Below, piece by piece: positions 63,395 to 64,000 of a stretch of 64,000 nt of DNA. The notes beneath the pieces are model-generated. The model searched no databases and was not told where the DNA came from. It saw nothing but the letters and a program-made list of their open reading frames with translations. The translations under genes were made by a program, and so were the position numbers. The first letter of the stretch is position 1. Each line of letters opens with the position of its first letter. Origin of the DNA: Candidatus Poribacteria bacterium (lineage in GTDB: Bacteria; Poribacteria; WGA-4E; WGA-3G); the NCBI GenBank assembly GCA_965214045.1, contig OZ243935.1, positions 2,316,994 to 2,380,993 of the forward strand. Reading direction: 5' to 3'.

Positions 63395-64000
63395 ATGGCA
63401 AAACGAACATGTTTAATGATTGGTGGCAGTGGTATGGCTGGTGGCTGGATTAACAATTTTACGAATAATTTCAGCGACCGGATCGAGATCGTTGGCTTGG
63501 CGGATGTGAGTACAGAGGTCCTCACGGCGCAGGGCGAGGCATTGGGGCTCGGCACCTCACAACTCTTCACAGACTTTAACGAGGCGTGTGCAGAAGTCAA
63601 GGCTGATTTCTGTGGTATTGCTGTTCCACCGCAATTTCATAGTCCTGCCGCAATTGCGGCTATGGAAAATGGGATGCCTGTTATCTGTGAAAAACCGATT
63701 GCGGACACCTTGGATGCAGCAAAAGCGATGGTGCGCACCGCCCAAAAGACAGGATTGCCCTGCGCTATTATCCAAAATTATCGTTATGCAGATAATAAAC
63801 AGGAATTGATTCGCATCCGCGATGAGGGTAGATTGGGGAGGCTTCAACATATTGTTGGAAGATACGCGTGTGATTATCGTCGCTATCTTTCGTGGGGCAG
63901 AGCCTGGCGACATGATATGGATTTCGGGCTTCTTTTTGAAGGTTCCGTCCATCATCTTGACATGCTTCGGTTCCTCTCCGGTGGCGATTGTGAAACCTTG
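63395..64000 (+). CDS. Gfo/Idh/MocA-family NAD(P)-dependent oxidoreductase (3' end beyond the window)
   Basis: Rossmann N-terminus MIGGSGMAGGW. The EKP block (PVICEKPIA) is typical of the family. Open to the window end. Confidence 0.65.
   Translation, partial: MAKRTCLMIGGSGMAGGWINNFTNNFSDRIEIVGLADVSTEVLTAQGEALGLGTSQLFTDFNEACAEVKADFCGIAVPPQFHSPAAIAAMENGMPVICEKPIADTLDAAKAMVRTAQKTGLPCAIIQNYRYADNKQELIRIRDEGRLGRLQHIVGRYACDYRRYLSWGRAWRHDMDFGLLFEGSVHHLDMLRFLSGGDCETL

Noticed and set aside
1-64000. tRNA and rRNA genes
   Set aside because: No cloverleaf-compatible segment or rRNA-like stretch was recognised by eye, and the long GC-rich structured regions are all accounted for by insertion-sequence ends or repeats. 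A tRNAscan-SE run would be definitive.

Overview
This 64-kb window is a gene-dense chromosomal segment of about 50% GC from an uncultivated-looking Gram-negative bacterium. Secreted proteins carry T9SS (Por_Secre_tail) C-terminal domains and dockerin-like repeats, and there are sulfatases, sulfotransferases, WD40 repeats and an lpxC-fabZ fusion; I cannot place the lineage more precisely. From left to right the content is as follows. (1) An archease gene, then a sugar-acid catabolism group: an HpcH-family aldolase with a co-transcribed unknown gene, a sialate O-acetylesterase-like SGNH esterase and an enolase-superfamily dehydratase of the galactonate type. Threonine synthase and a RecD2-type helicase sit between them. 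(2) An IS982 copy that ends 14 bp upstream of a WD40 gene; that gene is broken by a frameshift inside a C8 homopolymer. (3) An IS607-type element with overlapping tnpA (MerR-HTH serine recombinase) and tnpB, lying immediately upstream of a bacterial Hen1 / Pnkp RNA-repair gene pair. (4) A second, stand-alone tnpB element. (5) A roughly 20-kb surface-glycan locus. It holds two GT4 glycosyltransferases, an NAD-epimerase, a MOP-type flippase, a Wzy/O-antigen-ligase-like membrane protein, a clan GH-A hydrolase, a small PglC-type phosphoglycosyl transferase, a Wzi-like outer-membrane protein and four sulfotransferases. It also holds a Tat-signal sulfatase fused to dockerin-like repeats and a T9SS sorting domain; this gene is interrupted by a frameshift. 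(6) A SelW/Rdx-like selenoprotein gene with an in-frame TGA, which the ORF track missed. (7) A lipid-A operon (lpxC-fabZ fusion, lpxA, lpxI), followed by mltG, ruvX and an ABC1/UbiB kinase. After these come a beta-class DNA methyltransferase, a PspA/IM30 gene with an ABC transporter, a third tnpB element, a gamma-carbonic-anhydrase-like protein and a partial Gfo/Idh/MocA oxidoreductase. The most unusual feature of the window is a dispersed, modular repeat family. Its core is CTGACCGAACCGCAAGG(A/T)AAAATTAAAAA. The core sits at a fixed distance, 12 nt between AAGG and the ATG, in front of at least ten start codons. It also occurs in longer leader forms and as reverse-complement copies at gene 3' ends. 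In two cases the module carries the start codon and first codons of otherwise unrelated genes. I found no CRISPR arrays, rRNA genes or tRNA genes. Coordinates taken from the text may be off by 1 in places.
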